DNA of 64,000 bases from an uncultured bacterium. Lineage in GTDB: Bacteria; Hydrothermota; UBA3072. The stretch is taken from NCBI GenBank assembly GCA_964534175.1, contig CAZHNS010000008.1, positions 8,779 to 72,778 of the forward strand. The letters are read 5' to 3'. A model generated the notes under the pieces. That model was not told where the DNA came from and searched no databases. It saw nothing but the letters and a program-made list of their open reading frames with translations. The position numbers and the translations under genes were made by a program. Every line of letters begins with the position of its first letter. Within the stretch, counting starts at the first letter, position 1. Shown here piece after piece: positions 19,321-29,914 of the stretch.

Positions 19321-20154
19321 TTATTTCGAGGCAAGATGTATTTTTATCCAAATTTCTTTTTTCTGAGAGTTTCCCGGCGGCCTTTCTCCCCGTGGCGGTC
19401 CTCCTCCTGATCCACCTCCTCCGCCCTGTGGCATATTTCTCCCTCCTGGTGGTCCGCCTTCCGGCCTGTGCCCTCCCCTCATACCCTCAGGTTTTCCTCC
19501 TCCTTGTATTTCGAGGCAAAAACTAATTTCATCTCCGGGGTTTGCTCTGATAGCAAAACTTTCTAATCTTTTAAATCTTAACGGTATTTTCAATTCGTAA
19601 ATAAGAATTCCGTTTGAAATACCGTATTCTATAGCCGGACCGTTGGTACCATCTTTTGAGATCGGATCCGAGTCGCCGTTATCATTTATTACGGCGAACT
19701 TATCTTTTCCCATACTTTCCATATCCATGGAACGGTTTCCTCCCGTTAATCTCATTTCTTTACCTTTGGAGCGTACCTCCGGTAGAGTCGAGTCTCTCAT
19801 TTTTGACATCTCGGGGCCTCCTGAGAAAAGAAGTCCTCTTTTTTTATTTTTTCCTCCGGTACTATCCACCCATAGTTTTACTCCCTTCTTCTTTATCTGT
19901 CCACCCAAATTTATATCCCTGGAATAAAAGGTCATATAAAGATAATCGTTATCGTTACATAATTTAAAGTTAAAAGTATTGTCATCATCGGTAGAAATAA
20001 CTGGAATTTCTTCCCAGTCTGTGATTAATCCATCGATATTGATATTGTTTTCCAACCATATACTTTTAGTCTTCAGCGTTTTGTCTGAGCATCCTGTGTT
20101 TAAGAGTATCGCAGTAGATGCAAAAAAAATCGATATTAATATATTTTTCTTCAT
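19321..20154 (-). CDS. Hypothetical lipoprotein with Gly/Pro/Arg-rich low-complexity C-terminus
   Basis: Lipobox MKKNILISIFFASTAILLNTGC. C-terminal GGGKPEGMRGGHRPEGGPPGGRNMPQGGGGGSGGGPPRGERPPG. Confidence 0.55.
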   Translation of the reverse strand: MKKNILISIFFASTAILLNTGCSDKTLKTKSIWLENNINIDGLITDWEEIPVISTDDDNTFNFKLCNDNDYLYMTFYSRDINLGGQIKKKGVKLWVDSTGGKNKKRGLLFSGGPEMSKMRDSTLPEVRSKGKEMRLTGGNRSMDMESMGKDKFAVINDNGDSDPISKDGTNGPAIEYGISNGILIYELKIPLRFKRLESFAIRANPGDEISFCLEIQGGGKPEGMRGGHRPEGGPPGGRNMPQGGGGGSGGGPPRGERPPGNSQKKEIWIKIHLASK

Positions 20155-20293
20155 AAAATACCTCTCTTGTATATTGAAATTATTTTTTAAACCTCTTCAG
20201 TCATTTTTTTATTATGACCTACTTGTACCGATTCTGGTTCCGGTTTATTGACAAATTAGGGTTTTATTTTAATATTCAAACAGGGGGTGATGT

Positions 20294-21166
20294 ATGTCAT
20301 CTGTTAAAAAATCAAAGAAAAATACAAACGGTATACCTGTTTTACATGCGGAAGGTGATTGTATTGCCAGAGCCTGGGAAAATTCTCTTATCGCGCTTTA
20401 CGAGCAAGGATGTGATATAAAGACACAATATGATAAACCCGAAGATCCTCCGAGTAAAGACGCGACTATGGTTATAACGATTACGGATCCTCTAAGTGAG
20501 CCTATGCTTCATAAAGATTTTCCGGCTGGCATTGAATTCCTTCAAGAATATGTAATGGAGGTTTGTGAGGGTATTAAAGATCATTTGGTACGTGATCCTG
20601 ATGATCCGGATGATACACGCTGGGAATACACATATCATCAGCGTCTGTTCGCGTACGAAGCTCCAAACGTAAAACCTGTAGATCAGATTGAGATTATGTG
20701 CCAAAAACTAACCGATAAGTCTTATACAAGAAGAGCGCAGGCTATTACCTGGAAGGTTTGGGAGGACAACGAATGTTATGATCCGCCCTGTCTCCAGAGT
20801 CTTTGGTGCCGGATTGCAGAAGAGGCAGGAGAATCTTATCTGAATATGAATGTTCGTTTTCGTTCAAATGATGCATATAAGGCTGCGTTTATGAATATAT
20901 TCGCTCTTGTACAGTTACAGGCTAAGATTGCAAAAAGAATTTCAGAGATTTCGGGTAAAGATATTAAGGTTGGAAGATACTGCCATATAGCTGACAGCTA
21001 TCACATTTACGGTTCTTACTTTGAAGAATTTAAGGGTCGTTTCTTAGGGGCTCTTGAAAAACGTACTTTCGAAGGGCGTACGATGCGATATGAAGATTTT
21101 CGTGAAATGATGGAAGCCGCCCGCCCGTCGATTATGGAACGGGTTAAGAATATGAAGAGGGAGTAG
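20294..21166 (+). CDS. Thymidylate synthase (ThyA)-fold protein, divergent (archaeal-like) with N-terminal extension
   Basis: TS-fold motifs are conserved: TRRAQAITWKVWEDN (SRR-like), PPCLQSLW (catalytic Cys in PPC), RFRSNDAYKAAFMNIF (RSxD...FNI), HIADSYHIY. Confidence 0.55.
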   Translation: MSSVKKSKKNTNGIPVLHAEGDCIARAWENSLIALYEQGCDIKTQYDKPEDPPSKDATMVITITDPLSEPMLHKDFPAGIEFLQEYVMEVCEGIKDHLVRDPDDPDDTRWEYTYHQRLFAYEAPNVKPVDQIEIMCQKLTDKSYTRRAQAITWKVWEDNECYDPPCLQSLWCRIAEEAGESYLNMNVRFRSNDAYKAAFMNIFALVQLQAKIAKRISEISGKDIKVGRYCHIADSYHIYGSYFEEFKGRFLGALEKRTFEGRTMRYEDFREMMEAARPSIMERVKNMKRE

Positions 21167-21276
21167 TTTAGGTATCAGGTCTTAGGTTTTAGTTTTGACT
21201 TTGGACCTTGGTAATCTTGTGGTTAAATTTGGAACCGATACTTAGTTTACAAGGTCTTATTCAAAAAGGAGGATGT

Positions 21277-21801
21277 ATGTCAAGAAGAAATGTTATTTTG
21301 ATGTTATCTTTAACTATATTTACTTTGATAGCGGGTTGCAATCGTGATTTTTCGTCAAAGAGACCCCCAAGATCTCCTTTCGGACACCGTCATCCGGGAG
21401 GACATGGAGATATTTCCGGATTTGGATTTGGTAGGATCGAAAAAATGGCGGAGGAATTAAATTTATCAGAACAGCAGATTGAAGAATTGAAGGAAATAGA
21501 GAAGGAAATGGGCGAAAAACGTTCTCTGATGAGGAAGGAGAGAAAGGATGAAGAAAGTATTAAGATAAAAATTGTTGATCTCATCAGAAAAGACTCATTA
21601 TCAAGAGAAGAAGTTTTAAGTTTTATGAATAAGCTGCATTCTTTGAAGGAAGAACACAGAATGCAAATGGATAGTTTAATGGCTGAAAGATTAGCTAAAA
21701 TTCATGCTGTTCTTACGAAGGAACAAAGGGAGATATTAGCAAAAAAACTTGAAGAATTCGAGCCTGAGCGAAAATTTAAACCGGTAAAAGATATAAAGTA
21801 A
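21277..21801 (+). CDS. Spy/CpxP-family periplasmic protein (LTXXQ motif), lipoprotein
   Basis: The ORF track start is 21208; AAGGAGGA RBS precedes ATG at 21277 (MSRRNVILMLSLTIFTLIAGC). Motifs LSEQQIEELKEIEKEM and LTKEQREILAKKLEEFE. Highly helical and charged. Confidence 0.6.
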   Translation: MSRRNVILMLSLTIFTLIAGCNRDFSSKRPPRSPFGHRHPGGHGDISGFGFGRIEKMAEELNLSEQQIEELKEIEKEMGEKRSLMRKERKDEESIKIKIVDLIRKDSLSREEVLSFMNKLHSLKEEHRMQMDSLMAERLAKIHAVLTKEQREILAKKLEEFEPERKFKPVKDIK

Positions 21802-21802
21802 T

Positions 21803-22336
21803 ATGGACAAGGAGGCTTTTGCCTCTATTGTAGAGGAAACCAAAAGTATTGTTTTAAAAGCTATTAGAAAAACTCTGTTTTCTGAATATTATTATGCTAT
21901 CGATGATGTGGCTCAGGAAACTTATATTAGAGCATATCGGAGTTTAATTAAGAGTAAATTTAAGGAAGAGTCGAAACTGTCTTCATGGTTATACACAATT
22001 GCTAGGAATGAGTCGATAAGAATGAATAAAAAATTAAAGTCGGGAGAAAGAAGAAGAGAAAAGTATATGGAAAGAAATATAGAATATCTAAATAGTGACG
22101 GAAGAAATAATATAGAGGAAAAAATAGAGAAGGATGACTTGCTTGACAGACTAAGTGAAGCTGTCAAAAAGCTCCCTGATAAATATGGAAATGTGTTTGA
22201 TTTATATGTAAAAGGTTTTAATGAAAAACAAATAGCAAAATTCCTTTCGATTTCCCGAGGTACAGTGAAGTCAAGAATACACAGAGGGAAAGAGAAATTA
22301 AGGAAAATATTAAATGAGGAGAAAATTTATGTATAG
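21803..22336 (+). CDS. ECF-family RNA polymerase sigma-70 factor
   Basis: Region 2 (ETYIRAYRSL...LSSWLYTIARNESIRMNKK) and region 4 HTH (QIAKFLSISRGTVKSRIHRGKEKLRKIL). Confidence 0.85.
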   Translation: MDKEAFASIVEETKSIVLKAIRKTLFSEYYYAIDDVAQETYIRAYRSLIKSKFKEESKLSSWLYTIARNESIRMNKKLKSGERRREKYMERNIEYLNSDGRNNIEEKIEKDDLLDRLSEAVKKLPDKYGNVFDLYVKGFNEKQIAKFLSISRGTVKSRIHRGKEKLRKILNEEKIYV

Positions 22337-22631
22337 AATAGATAGTGAAATAAACAAAAGAAAACAAAACAAACTCTGGAGCGAGGATATCGCACAGAAA
22401 GTTCTTTCTGAGAAATCCAGAAGAACCAGGAGAAAATTAACTGTTGCCGGGTCTTTTCTTATAATGTTTTTTGTGTTCTTTGTTATTGGATTCAATGTTT
22501 CCAGGGTTGGAATCGAGAGTCCTTACTGGGTTGATGATTTTATATCCTCAGTGACTGATGATAGTTACTATCAATCAGAGGTACAAGAGGACTTGTATTA
22601 CTTCGTGACCTATTCTTTTAACGGACAGTGA
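22314..22631 (+). CDS. Putative anti-sigma factor (single-pass membrane protein)
   Basis: Overlaps the sigma gene by 23 nt. One TM helix (LTVAGSFLIMFFVFFVIGF) after a short cytoplasmic N-terminus. Confidence 0.5.
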   Translation: MRRKFMYRIDSEINKRKQNKLWSEDIAQKVLSEKSRRTRRKLTVAGSFLIMFFVFFVIGFNVSRVGIESPYWVDDFISSVTDDSYYQSEVQEDLYYFVTYSFNGQ

Positions 22632-22830
22632 TTGTAATCCTTTAGGCATTACAGTTGCTTGGTTAATTAGTTAATTAGTCAAAAATATTCGTGTTATTCT
22701 TATAATCTATTATTTCTGTTATTGGGGTTGCAGGAGGATTCTTTATTCTATCTTCTGGCTCCTGAATTCTCTATTAAAAATGGAACCGATACAAAGTTTG
22801 TTGGGTCATATCTGAAAATTGGAGGAAATC

Positions 22831-23340
22831 ATGAAAAAATATGTAATAGTAATAGTCTCGGTTTTAATGAGTGTTTTTGTAACTTTACCTTTGACACTTC
22901 AGGCAGAGAGAGGAATGCAAGGTAAAAATATGATGGGTGAAGGGACGAAAATGGGAGGTTGGCATCATGATTGGCTTTCTAACTTGAACCTTGACGAAGA
23001 AGTATTACAGAAAATGCAAGAAATGAGGTTGAAGAATAAGGAAAGGATGCTTGAATTAAAAAATCAGATTGAAAAGAAAGAGCTGGAAATGGAAAAAGTT
23101 CTTATGGATAAGAAACTTGATTTCAAAAAAATTCTTTCTATTAATGACGACATAGCTGCTCTTAGACAGAAAATATCAAGGGAAAAATTAGAGAATAAAA
23201 TAGAAATGTATAAACTTCTTCCGGATGACAAAAAGGAAGAAGCGAGAAAAATGTTTCTTCATCGGTTTTTAAAAAGAGGACATGGGAAAACCGGAGGGCA
23301 CTTGCAAAAAGGTGCGCCAGATTGCCCTAGAAATAAGTAA
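22831..23340 (+). CDS. Periplasmic Spy/ZraP/CpxP-like (metal-resistance/LTXXQ-type) helical protein
   Basis: GGAGG RBS before ATG at 22831 (MKKYVIVIVSVLMSVFVTLPLTLQA signal). Helical K/E-rich protein: GGWHHDW, LDEEVLQKMQEMRLKNKERMLELKNQIEKKELEME. Confidence 0.5.
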   Translation: MKKYVIVIVSVLMSVFVTLPLTLQAERGMQGKNMMGEGTKMGGWHHDWLSNLNLDEEVLQKMQEMRLKNKERMLELKNQIEKKELEMEKVLMDKKLDFKKILSINDDIAALRQKISREKLENKIEMYKLLPDDKKEEARKMFLHRFLKRGHGKTGGHLQKGAPDCPRNK

Positions 23341-23448
23341 ACTACCCCTCTTGATTCCTAAGGGGTGCAAGGATATAAATATTCTTGTACCCCTTAGTTA
23401 CATTGCTAAAAATTTAAAAAGGAATATAATAGTTGAGGATAATGATAT

Positions 23449-24810
23449 ATGAAAAACGATTTATCTGGCTTTAAATTAAATTTAATATCTAAAAATATTT
23501 TCTTATTCGTTGCTTTTTTCGGAGTGGGTTTTGCTTCTTTGGGGCAATATGAAAAAGATACGCTCGAGAAGCCATTTTCTATAGACCAGTGTGTTGAGTT
23601 CGCTCTTTTAAATTCGCCTCTTATTGGAGTGGCGGAAGGATCGGTGAGAAAAAGCGAACTGGATGTTAAAGATGCTAAAGCTAATTTTCTTCCGGAAATC
23701 AGTCTTTCTGGAGGGTATTATATTAATGATACGTATAATACGTTATCCTGGAATAGCGACCATTATGATCTTGCTCTTTCTGCTTCAATAGAACCATTTA
23801 GCAGCGGTAGAACGTATCTCGATGTAGAAAGGACTGATGCTAACCTTACTTCTGCAAGAGAAGGTTATCGGCTTACCCGTATGAATCTTATTATGGAAGT
23901 AATTGAGGGATATTACAATTTACTTAAAGCTTCTCAGATGCTGGATCTCAGAAGAAGCACACTTGAACAAAAAGAATATCAGCTTGAGTTCTCAAAGGCT
24001 CAATTCGAACTTGGGATGGTGCCCAGAGCTGATACCCTTAAAGCCAGGGCAGCTTTAGAATCGGCAAGGGTAAGTTTGCATGAGGCAGATGGAGAACTTT
24101 TGATAAGTAAAGCAGAACTTAACGAAGTTATGGGGCTTGATCTTGATTTTCCCATATCGATTGAAGATGTGGAGTTAGAGAAATTAGATGTTCCAGAATT
24201 TGATAGTGTATTAATGGTGGCTTACATGAATAGACCGGATGTAGAACAACGGAGGGCTTTGATCGCCGCAAGTAAATATAATATGATGATAGCCTGGATT
24301 AACAGATTGCCGACCTTGACCTTAACGGGGGGGTACAGTCTTAACGCGGAACACTTTGCGTTTGAAGACCTGCCCTTAAATAGATCTAATTGGGATGATA
24401 ATTCTGATTGGAGTGTCGGACTTATTTTAAGTTTTCCCATATTTGATGGAGGAGTTAAATCCAGGGCTATCAAAAAGGCCAATATAGATTTAAACAACGC
24501 GAGACTCGAGAATAAAGATTTAGAAAGGCAAGTTGAGCTTGAAGTAAAATCAGCCCATATTAACCTCGACAACGCTTCAAAGAAGATTGATTTAACCCAA
24601 AGGCAGGTTGCAAGTGCCGAGGAAAGTTACGAAACTGCGCTTGGCAGATATAAAAATGGGCTTGCTCCCATAACAGAAGTTATAGATGCGGAGGTCGCTT
24701 TAACCGAAGGACAAATCGATTTTATTAGTTCTAAATATGATTTTCTTGAAGCTGAGGCTCTATTAAAAAGAGCAATAGGAGTTCTTTATGATAAGGAGGA
24801 ACTGGAATGA
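23449..24810 (+). CDS. TolC-family outer-membrane efflux protein
   Basis: Signal peptide. Two OEP repeats with the characteristic alpha-helical/coiled-coil pattern. First gene of a three-gene pump operon. Confidence 0.85.
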   Translation: MKNDLSGFKLNLISKNIFLFVAFFGVGFASLGQYEKDTLEKPFSIDQCVEFALLNSPLIGVAEGSVRKSELDVKDAKANFLPEISLSGGYYINDTYNTLSWNSDHYDLALSASIEPFSSGRTYLDVERTDANLTSAREGYRLTRMNLIMEVIEGYYNLLKASQMLDLRRSTLEQKEYQLEFSKAQFELGMVPRADTLKARAALESARVSLHEADGELLISKAELNEVMGLDLDFPISIEDVELEKLDVPEFDSVLMVAYMNRPDVEQRRALIAASKYNMMIAWINRLPTLTLTGGYSLNAEHFAFEDLPLNRSNWDDNSDWSVGLILSFPIFDGGVKSRAIKKANIDLNNARLENKDLERQVELEVKSAHINLDNASKKIDLTQRQVASAEESYETALGRYKNGLAPITEVIDAEVALTEGQIDFISSKYDFLEAEALLKRAIGVLYDKEELE

Positions 24811-25970
24811 AGATTGAGAGGAAACATTCGATAATTGGTGGAATTATTTTTATGGTATTAATAGTTGTTTTTTTGATTTTTCGTATTGCGGCAGGCAGAA
24901 AAAACAAATCTCCTGATTTTAAGATTATTCAGGCAACGAGGGGAAATATAATTCAGAAAGTTACGGAAAGCGGTACCGTGGAGCCGGTTATTTCAATAGA
25001 CGTGAAATCTGAACTTGCCGGAGAGGTGGTAAAGTTATATGTGGAAGAAGAGGATAAGGTCAAGGTGGGACAAAAGTTGGTTCTTATAAGACCCGAGCCG
25101 GAAGAGGCGCAAAAAGTGGCTCAGGCGAAAGCTTCCATAAAGAGCAAACAGTTAGATCTGGAAGATGCCGAAAGAGATCAGAGGAGAAAAGAAGCTCTAT
25201 ATGAAAAGGGTTTTATTTCCGAGCAGGATGTTGAAGATGCCCGTAAGCAATATGAAAATAGTAAGATTCAGCTTCAGCTTGCAGAGAAACAATTATGGGC
25301 AATGCTCGGAGGAAAGAGTAATGTAGATGTTGAAAATATCGATCTCGAAGGGACGGAGAATATAACTCTCACATCGTCTATCAGCGGAGTTGTGACGAGT
25401 ATCAATGTAGAAGAAGGAGAAAAGATAACTTCAGGAACTCAGGCAATTGGCGGCGGCGGAACGGCAATTATGAGGGTTGCAGATTTGAGCGAAATGTTAG
25501 TAAAAGCCAGTATAAACGAGGTTGACGTGGGCAAACTAAAGAGAGGACAGAGAGTCGAAATAGGTTTTGATGCTATAAAAGGGAAAGTTTACGAGGGTAA
25601 AGTTAGAAGGATATCGCCTTCAGGAACTGAAGAGGAAAACCTCGTAGTTTATCCCGTTGAGGTTGAAATTCTAAATTCGGATGAAAAGATTCGTCCCGGA
25701 ATGACTGCTGATCTTGATATAATTATCGCGGAAGCAGAGAACGTAATCTGTATCCCCAAGCATGCTGTTATAAATAGAGAAGGAAGAACAATAGTTAATA
25801 TTAGGAAGGAAAATAAATTTGTTCCGCGGGATGTAATTACGGGTATTGAAGATGATGTTAAGATAGAAATAAAAAAGGGAATAGAAGTAGGCGATACCTT
25901 GATGATACCTTCCGGAGGAGGGTTTACGCCCGGTGGAGGGGAAAGGAGAGGACCTCCTCCCGGCAGGTAA
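24807..25970 (+). CDS. Efflux pump periplasmic adaptor (membrane fusion protein, HlyD/MacA family)
   Basis: N-terminal TM anchor. Lipoyl-like hairpin (VEPVISIDVKSELAGEVVKLYVEEEDKVKVGQKLVLI). Coiled-coil. 4-nt overlap with the tolC-like gene. Confidence 0.85.
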   Translation: MKIERKHSIIGGIIFMVLIVVFLIFRIAAGRKNKSPDFKIIQATRGNIIQKVTESGTVEPVISIDVKSELAGEVVKLYVEEEDKVKVGQKLVLIRPEPEEAQKVAQAKASIKSKQLDLEDAERDQRRKEALYEKGFISEQDVEDARKQYENSKIQLQLAEKQLWAMLGGKSNVDVENIDLEGTENITLTSSISGVVTSINVEEGEKITSGTQAIGGGGTAIMRVADLSEMLVKASINEVDVGKLKRGQRVEIGFDAIKGKVYEGKVRRISPSGTEEENLVVYPVEVEILNSDEKIRPGMTADLDIIIAEAENVICIPKHAVINREGRTIVNIRKENKFVPRDVITGIEDDVKIEIKKGIEVGDTLMIPSGGGFTPGGGERRGPPPGR

Positions 25971-25978
25971 ACGAAATT

Positions 25979-27967
25979 ATGGCATTAATCGAAGCCAGCA
26001 ATCTCGTGAAAATTTACTGCAGGGGTAATGTAGAAGTTCATGCTCTCCGGGGTGTTTCTCTTAAAGTTACTAGGGGAGAATTTTTATCGATTATTGGTCC
26101 CTCTGGTTCCGGCAAGACAACATTGATGGATATATTGGGATGTCTTTCCAGGCCAACTTCAGGTAGTTATTATCTTGAAGGGCGTGATGTAAGTGAAATA
26201 AATGATGATGATTTATCTAATATAAGGAAGAGAAAAATAGGTTTCGTTTTTCAGACCTTTAATCTTATTCCAAGAATGAACGCAATAAGCAATGTGGAAC
26301 TTCCGCTTCTTTATTCCGGGGTAAGTGAAGAAAGGCGCAAAGAAAAGGCAATGGATGCTCTTAGGATAGTGGGACTTGAGCGTCGTGCTTACCACGACCC
26401 GAATGAACTCTCAGGAGGAGAACAGCAGAGAGTTGCTATTGCCCGGGCGCTTATAAACAATCCTTCTATAATATTTGCCGATGAACCTACAGGTAATCTC
26501 GATTCAAAAACAGGAAAAGAAATAATGGCTCTTTTTGAGAAACTACATCAGGAAGGTAAAACCATTATAATGGTAACACATGATGCTAATGTTGCTGATT
26601 ATGCCCAGAGAAGTATCAAAATAAAAGATGGTAAAATAGAAGAAGAAAAAGTAAGGAAGAAATCGCCTAAAAAGAAAACTGCTTTTGTTGAGGAAAAACT
26701 TGGAGATGCCAGTTTGTTAGGAAGTATTATTTCAGGTTTTCTTTCCGGATATAAGGGTCTTTTAGCCAATAAACTTCGTTCATTCCTTACTGTTCTCGGA
26801 ATAATTATAGGTGTGGGAGCGGTTATAGGGGTTATGGGAGTTGGAGAAGGTGCGAAAAGGAATATTACTTCTCAGATAGAAAAATTGGGCTCGAATGTTA
26901 TCAGTATTTTTTACAGAAGACCCGATAGTAAAGCCCAGGCTTTAGAATGGAGAGGCCGTTCTAAAGGTCTTACTTACGACGACGCGGTTGCTCTAAAAGA
27001 GGATTTGAATTTTATAACCGCAATATCTCCGGAAGTAAGAACCGATGTAACAGTCAAATACAAGGATGAAGATTGGGATACGGATATTGTTGGAACCCTG
27101 CCTTCCTATCAAATTGTTAACAATCATTCTGTAGAGGAGGGACGATTTTTTACCGAGGAAGAATTAAACTCCTGGTCCAAGGTTTGTGTTATAGGTAAAA
27201 CGATTAAAGATGAGCTTTTTGGCAAAGAAGACCCGATTGGGAAAGAGATAAAGATTAGAAATATGCGTTTTACCATAATTGGTATCATGGAAGAAAAGGG
27301 TTCTGTTGGATGGAGAGATTTTGATGACCGGATATTTATTCCTCTTTTTACAGCTCAAAAGAGAATTACTGGTGAAGATGATGTAGTTAGGGCTATCGAG
27401 GCTCAAACAACGGGTCTCCTACCAACGGATATCACTGAAGAGAGGGTAAAACGACTGTTGCTGGAGCGACACAATCAGGTCGAGGATTTCCGAATAAGAA
27501 ACAGAGAAGAGTTCCGGGAAACTATAGAACAGACAGCAAGTACCTTTAAAATTATGCTTTCAGGAATTGCCGCCATATCTCTTATCGTTGGAGGGATAGG
27601 TATAATGAACATAATGCTAGTTTCGGTTACTGAAAGAACAAGAGAAATTGGTATAAGAAAAGCAATAGGAGCAAAGAGGGTAGATATTTTAACCCAGTTT
27701 CTAATAGAATCGGTAATAGTGAGTTTAAGCGGAGGTATTCTAGGTATTATTTTTGGTTTTATCTTTGCCAATACCGTGGGTAATATGATGGTTGGTGCAG
27801 GTGCGATAGGGCCAAGATTCTTAAGTCAGGGAGGCCAGTCAGTAGTGACGCCTGGTTCGATTTTACTTGCTTTCTTCTTCGCTGTAGTAATAGGAATCTT
27901 CTTTGGTATGTATCCTGCGAATAAAGCTTCAAAAATGGATCCTGTTCAGGCGCTCCGATACGAATAG
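25979..27967 (+). CDS. macB: MacB-type ABC transporter (fused ATPase + FtsX-like permease with large periplasmic domain)
   Basis: Walker [10 protein letters not shown], signature [15 protein letters not shown], Walker [14 protein letters not shown]-terminal 4-TM FtsX domain. Confidence 0.9.
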   Translation: MALIEASNLVKIYCRGNVEVHALRGVSLKVTRGEFLSIIGPSGSGKTTLMDILGCLSRPTSGSYYLEGRDVSEINDDDLSNIRKRKIGFVFQTFNLIPRMNAISNVELPLLYSGVSEERRKEKAMDALRIVGLERRAYHDPNELSGGEQQRVAIARALINNPSIIFADEPTGNLDSKTGKEIMALFEKLHQEGKTIIMVTHDANVADYAQRSIKIKDGKIEEEKVRKKSPKKKTAFVEEKLGDASLLGSIISGFLSGYKGLLANKLRSFLTVLGIIIGVGAVIGVMGVGEGAKRNITSQIEKLGSNVISIFYRRPDSKAQALEWRGRSKGLTYDDAVALKEDLNFITAISPEVRTDVTVKYKDEDWDTDIVGTLPSYQIVNNHSVEEGRFFTEEELNSWSKVCVIGKTIKDELFGKEDPIGKEIKIRNMRFTIIGIMEEKGSVGWRDFDDRIFIPLFTAQKRITGEDDVVRAIEAQTTGLLPTDITEERVKRLLLERHNQVEDFRIRNREEFRETIEQTASTFKIMLSGIAAISLIVGGIGIMNIMLVSVTERTREIGIRKAIGAKRVDILTQFLIESVIVSLSGGILGIIFGFIFANTVGNMMVGAGAIGPRFLSQGGQSVVTPGSILLAFFFAVVIGIFFGMYPANKASKMDPVQALRYE

Positions 27968-28254
27968 TATATAGTCTTATCATTTGGTTTCCTGTTTTTA
28001 GAAAGGATCTATCTCTTACTTTTTAGTTTTCTTCAGAAAATTAAATATCAAAAATTAAAAATCAAAATGATAAATTAAAATTTAAAATTGTCTGTTGTCT
28101 GACTGCCAGAATAGGGAGTTATTATATTATTGGTGATATGCTTTGTTTTTTATTTTTGAACTTGGATTTATATTTTTCCATTTTGATATTTGATTTTTAC
28201 ATTTAATTACTTAATTACGATATGGTTTCAATATTTAAGAAATACGATTTTTAT

Positions 28255-29616
28255 CTAAAGAATATGATCGACCGTCCAATATCCCCAACTAAAAGTGAAG
28301 ATAGTGGAGATTACATTACCCAAAACTATTCCCCACCAGATTCCAGTAAGCCCCCATCCGACGTGAGTTGCCAGTATATAAGCAAGTGGTATTTGGAAAA
28401 CAAAAGTTCGGATAATTGTAGCAATAAGAGAATTTATTCCTCTATTTACTCCTCTAAACATTGCTGAAGTTAAAATTCCGGGAGGAACTACCAGATAAAA
28501 TAAAGTGCTGATTTTTAGAAACCTGATAAGATCTGTTGAAATTCTTGCAGCTCCCTTTGAGTAAGTGAAAATATAGGAAATCTCTTTTGTAAAAAATAAA
28601 ACAATTATAGCTATAAACAGTTCCAGGAATATACCAGACCTCACAGCGTACAAATACGCTGTTTTAAGTTTTTCTTTGTTTCTCGCGCCGTATGCTGCTC
28701 CGGTTACAGCAATTACTCCCGTCGCGAGCCCCATGATTGGAGTAGTTGCTACCATAATAATTCTCCAGCCGCTTGTAAAAACAGCTACTCCGTCTGTTGT
28801 CCCGACAATCACCACAATTTTGTTAAGTATAATCATGCTTATGGACATGGATAGCTGTGCCAAAGTCGAGGGTATTCCTACGGATAAAATCTCACTTAAT
28901 ATTCTACGGTTGTATTTAAAATTCTTTATCGATATATCGAGATAAGTATCTTTCCTTCTGAATATCCAGTATATGAAAAGCAGAGAACTTACTGCCATGG
29001 AAAAAACCGAAGCAATTGCAGCACCGCTAACACCTAATCCAAAATAATATATAAATATTGGGTCAAGTATTATATTAAGTACGGAGCCAATAAGTATGCC
29101 GTACATAGCTCTTTTTGCGTCACCTTCTCCCCTTAGTATTGAACCTGCAATATTGGAAAATACCAGAATTGGAGTCCCCAGAAAGAAGATTTTCGAATAG
29201 TGGATAGCCATAAAAGCGACCGTTTCGTTTTCTCCGCTGAATGCTCTCATTATCTCGTCGAGAAAAGGAAAACCGCATATACTGATTATTGTGGATATAA
29301 GAAAACCCAAAATGAGCGTGTGCTCTGCTGTATTATCTGCTTCTTTTTTATTCCTTGCCCCTATTCTTCTTGAAATAGCAGAACTTCCCCCGACTCCTAT
29401 TCCCATACCGAGAGCTATTATTATAAAGAAAAATGGGAAAAATAGACCAACGGAGGCAAGGGCATCCGCACCCAAACCCGCTACCCAGAAACCATCAGCA
29501 ATATTGTAGAAAGCATGGACAAGCATCGCGATAATCATGGGAGTCGATAATTTTATTATCGCCTTTTTCGGTTCACCTAATAAATCTTTTACACCTTTGG
29601 TTATATTATTATCCAT
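28255..29616 (-). CDS. MATE-family multidrug efflux transporter
   Basis: 12-TM protein. Duplicated MatE motifs (PMIIAMLVHAFYNIADGFWVAGLGADALASVG in the first half, second repeat after residue ~230). Confidence 0.85.
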   Translation of the reverse strand: MDNNITKGVKDLLGEPKKAIIKLSTPMIIAMLVHAFYNIADGFWVAGLGADALASVGLFFPFFFIIIALGMGIGVGGSSAISRRIGARNKKEADNTAEHTLILGFLISTIISICGFPFLDEIMRAFSGENETVAFMAIHYSKIFFLGTPILVFSNIAGSILRGEGDAKRAMYGILIGSVLNIILDPIFIYYFGLGVSGAAIASVFSMAVSSLLFIYWIFRRKDTYLDISIKNFKYNRRILSEILSVGIPSTLAQLSMSISMIILNKIVVIVGTTDGVAVFTSGWRIIMVATTPIMGLATGVIAVTGAAYGARNKEKLKTAYLYAVRSGIFLELFIAIIVLFFTKEISYIFTYSKGAARISTDLIRFLKISTLFYLVVPPGILTSAMFRGVNRGINSLIATIIRTFVFQIPLAYILATHVGWGLTGIWWGIVLGNVISTIFTFSWGYWTVDHIL

Positions 29617-29914
29617 ATTTGTTTAAGTTCCAATAAAGATATAGCCTTCAGTCAATTTGTAAACCCATTTTCAGAAATTAAAAGCTAGTGTTTGATTGTC
29701 GAACTTGGCTTTTTGCTGTTTGCCTTTAGCTGTTGGCTGAAAAACTAAAAGAATTTTTCGAGGTAAATTTTAAAACTTGGATTTTGTGGGGTGGGCTTAA
29801 TGCGAAAAGCCAAAAGTGATTAGCTAATAGCCTAGTAATTGTTTTTTATCTTGACATAATAGTTGTTAAATATACTATTATTAAGACATTTCGCAGAAGT
29901 TTATGGGAGGATAT

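Noticed and set aside
22722-22925. 67-aa ORF upstream of the Spy/ZraP-like gene
   Set aside because: It overlaps the RBS and start of the better-supported 22831 gene in another frame, and has no signal sequence or conserved features.
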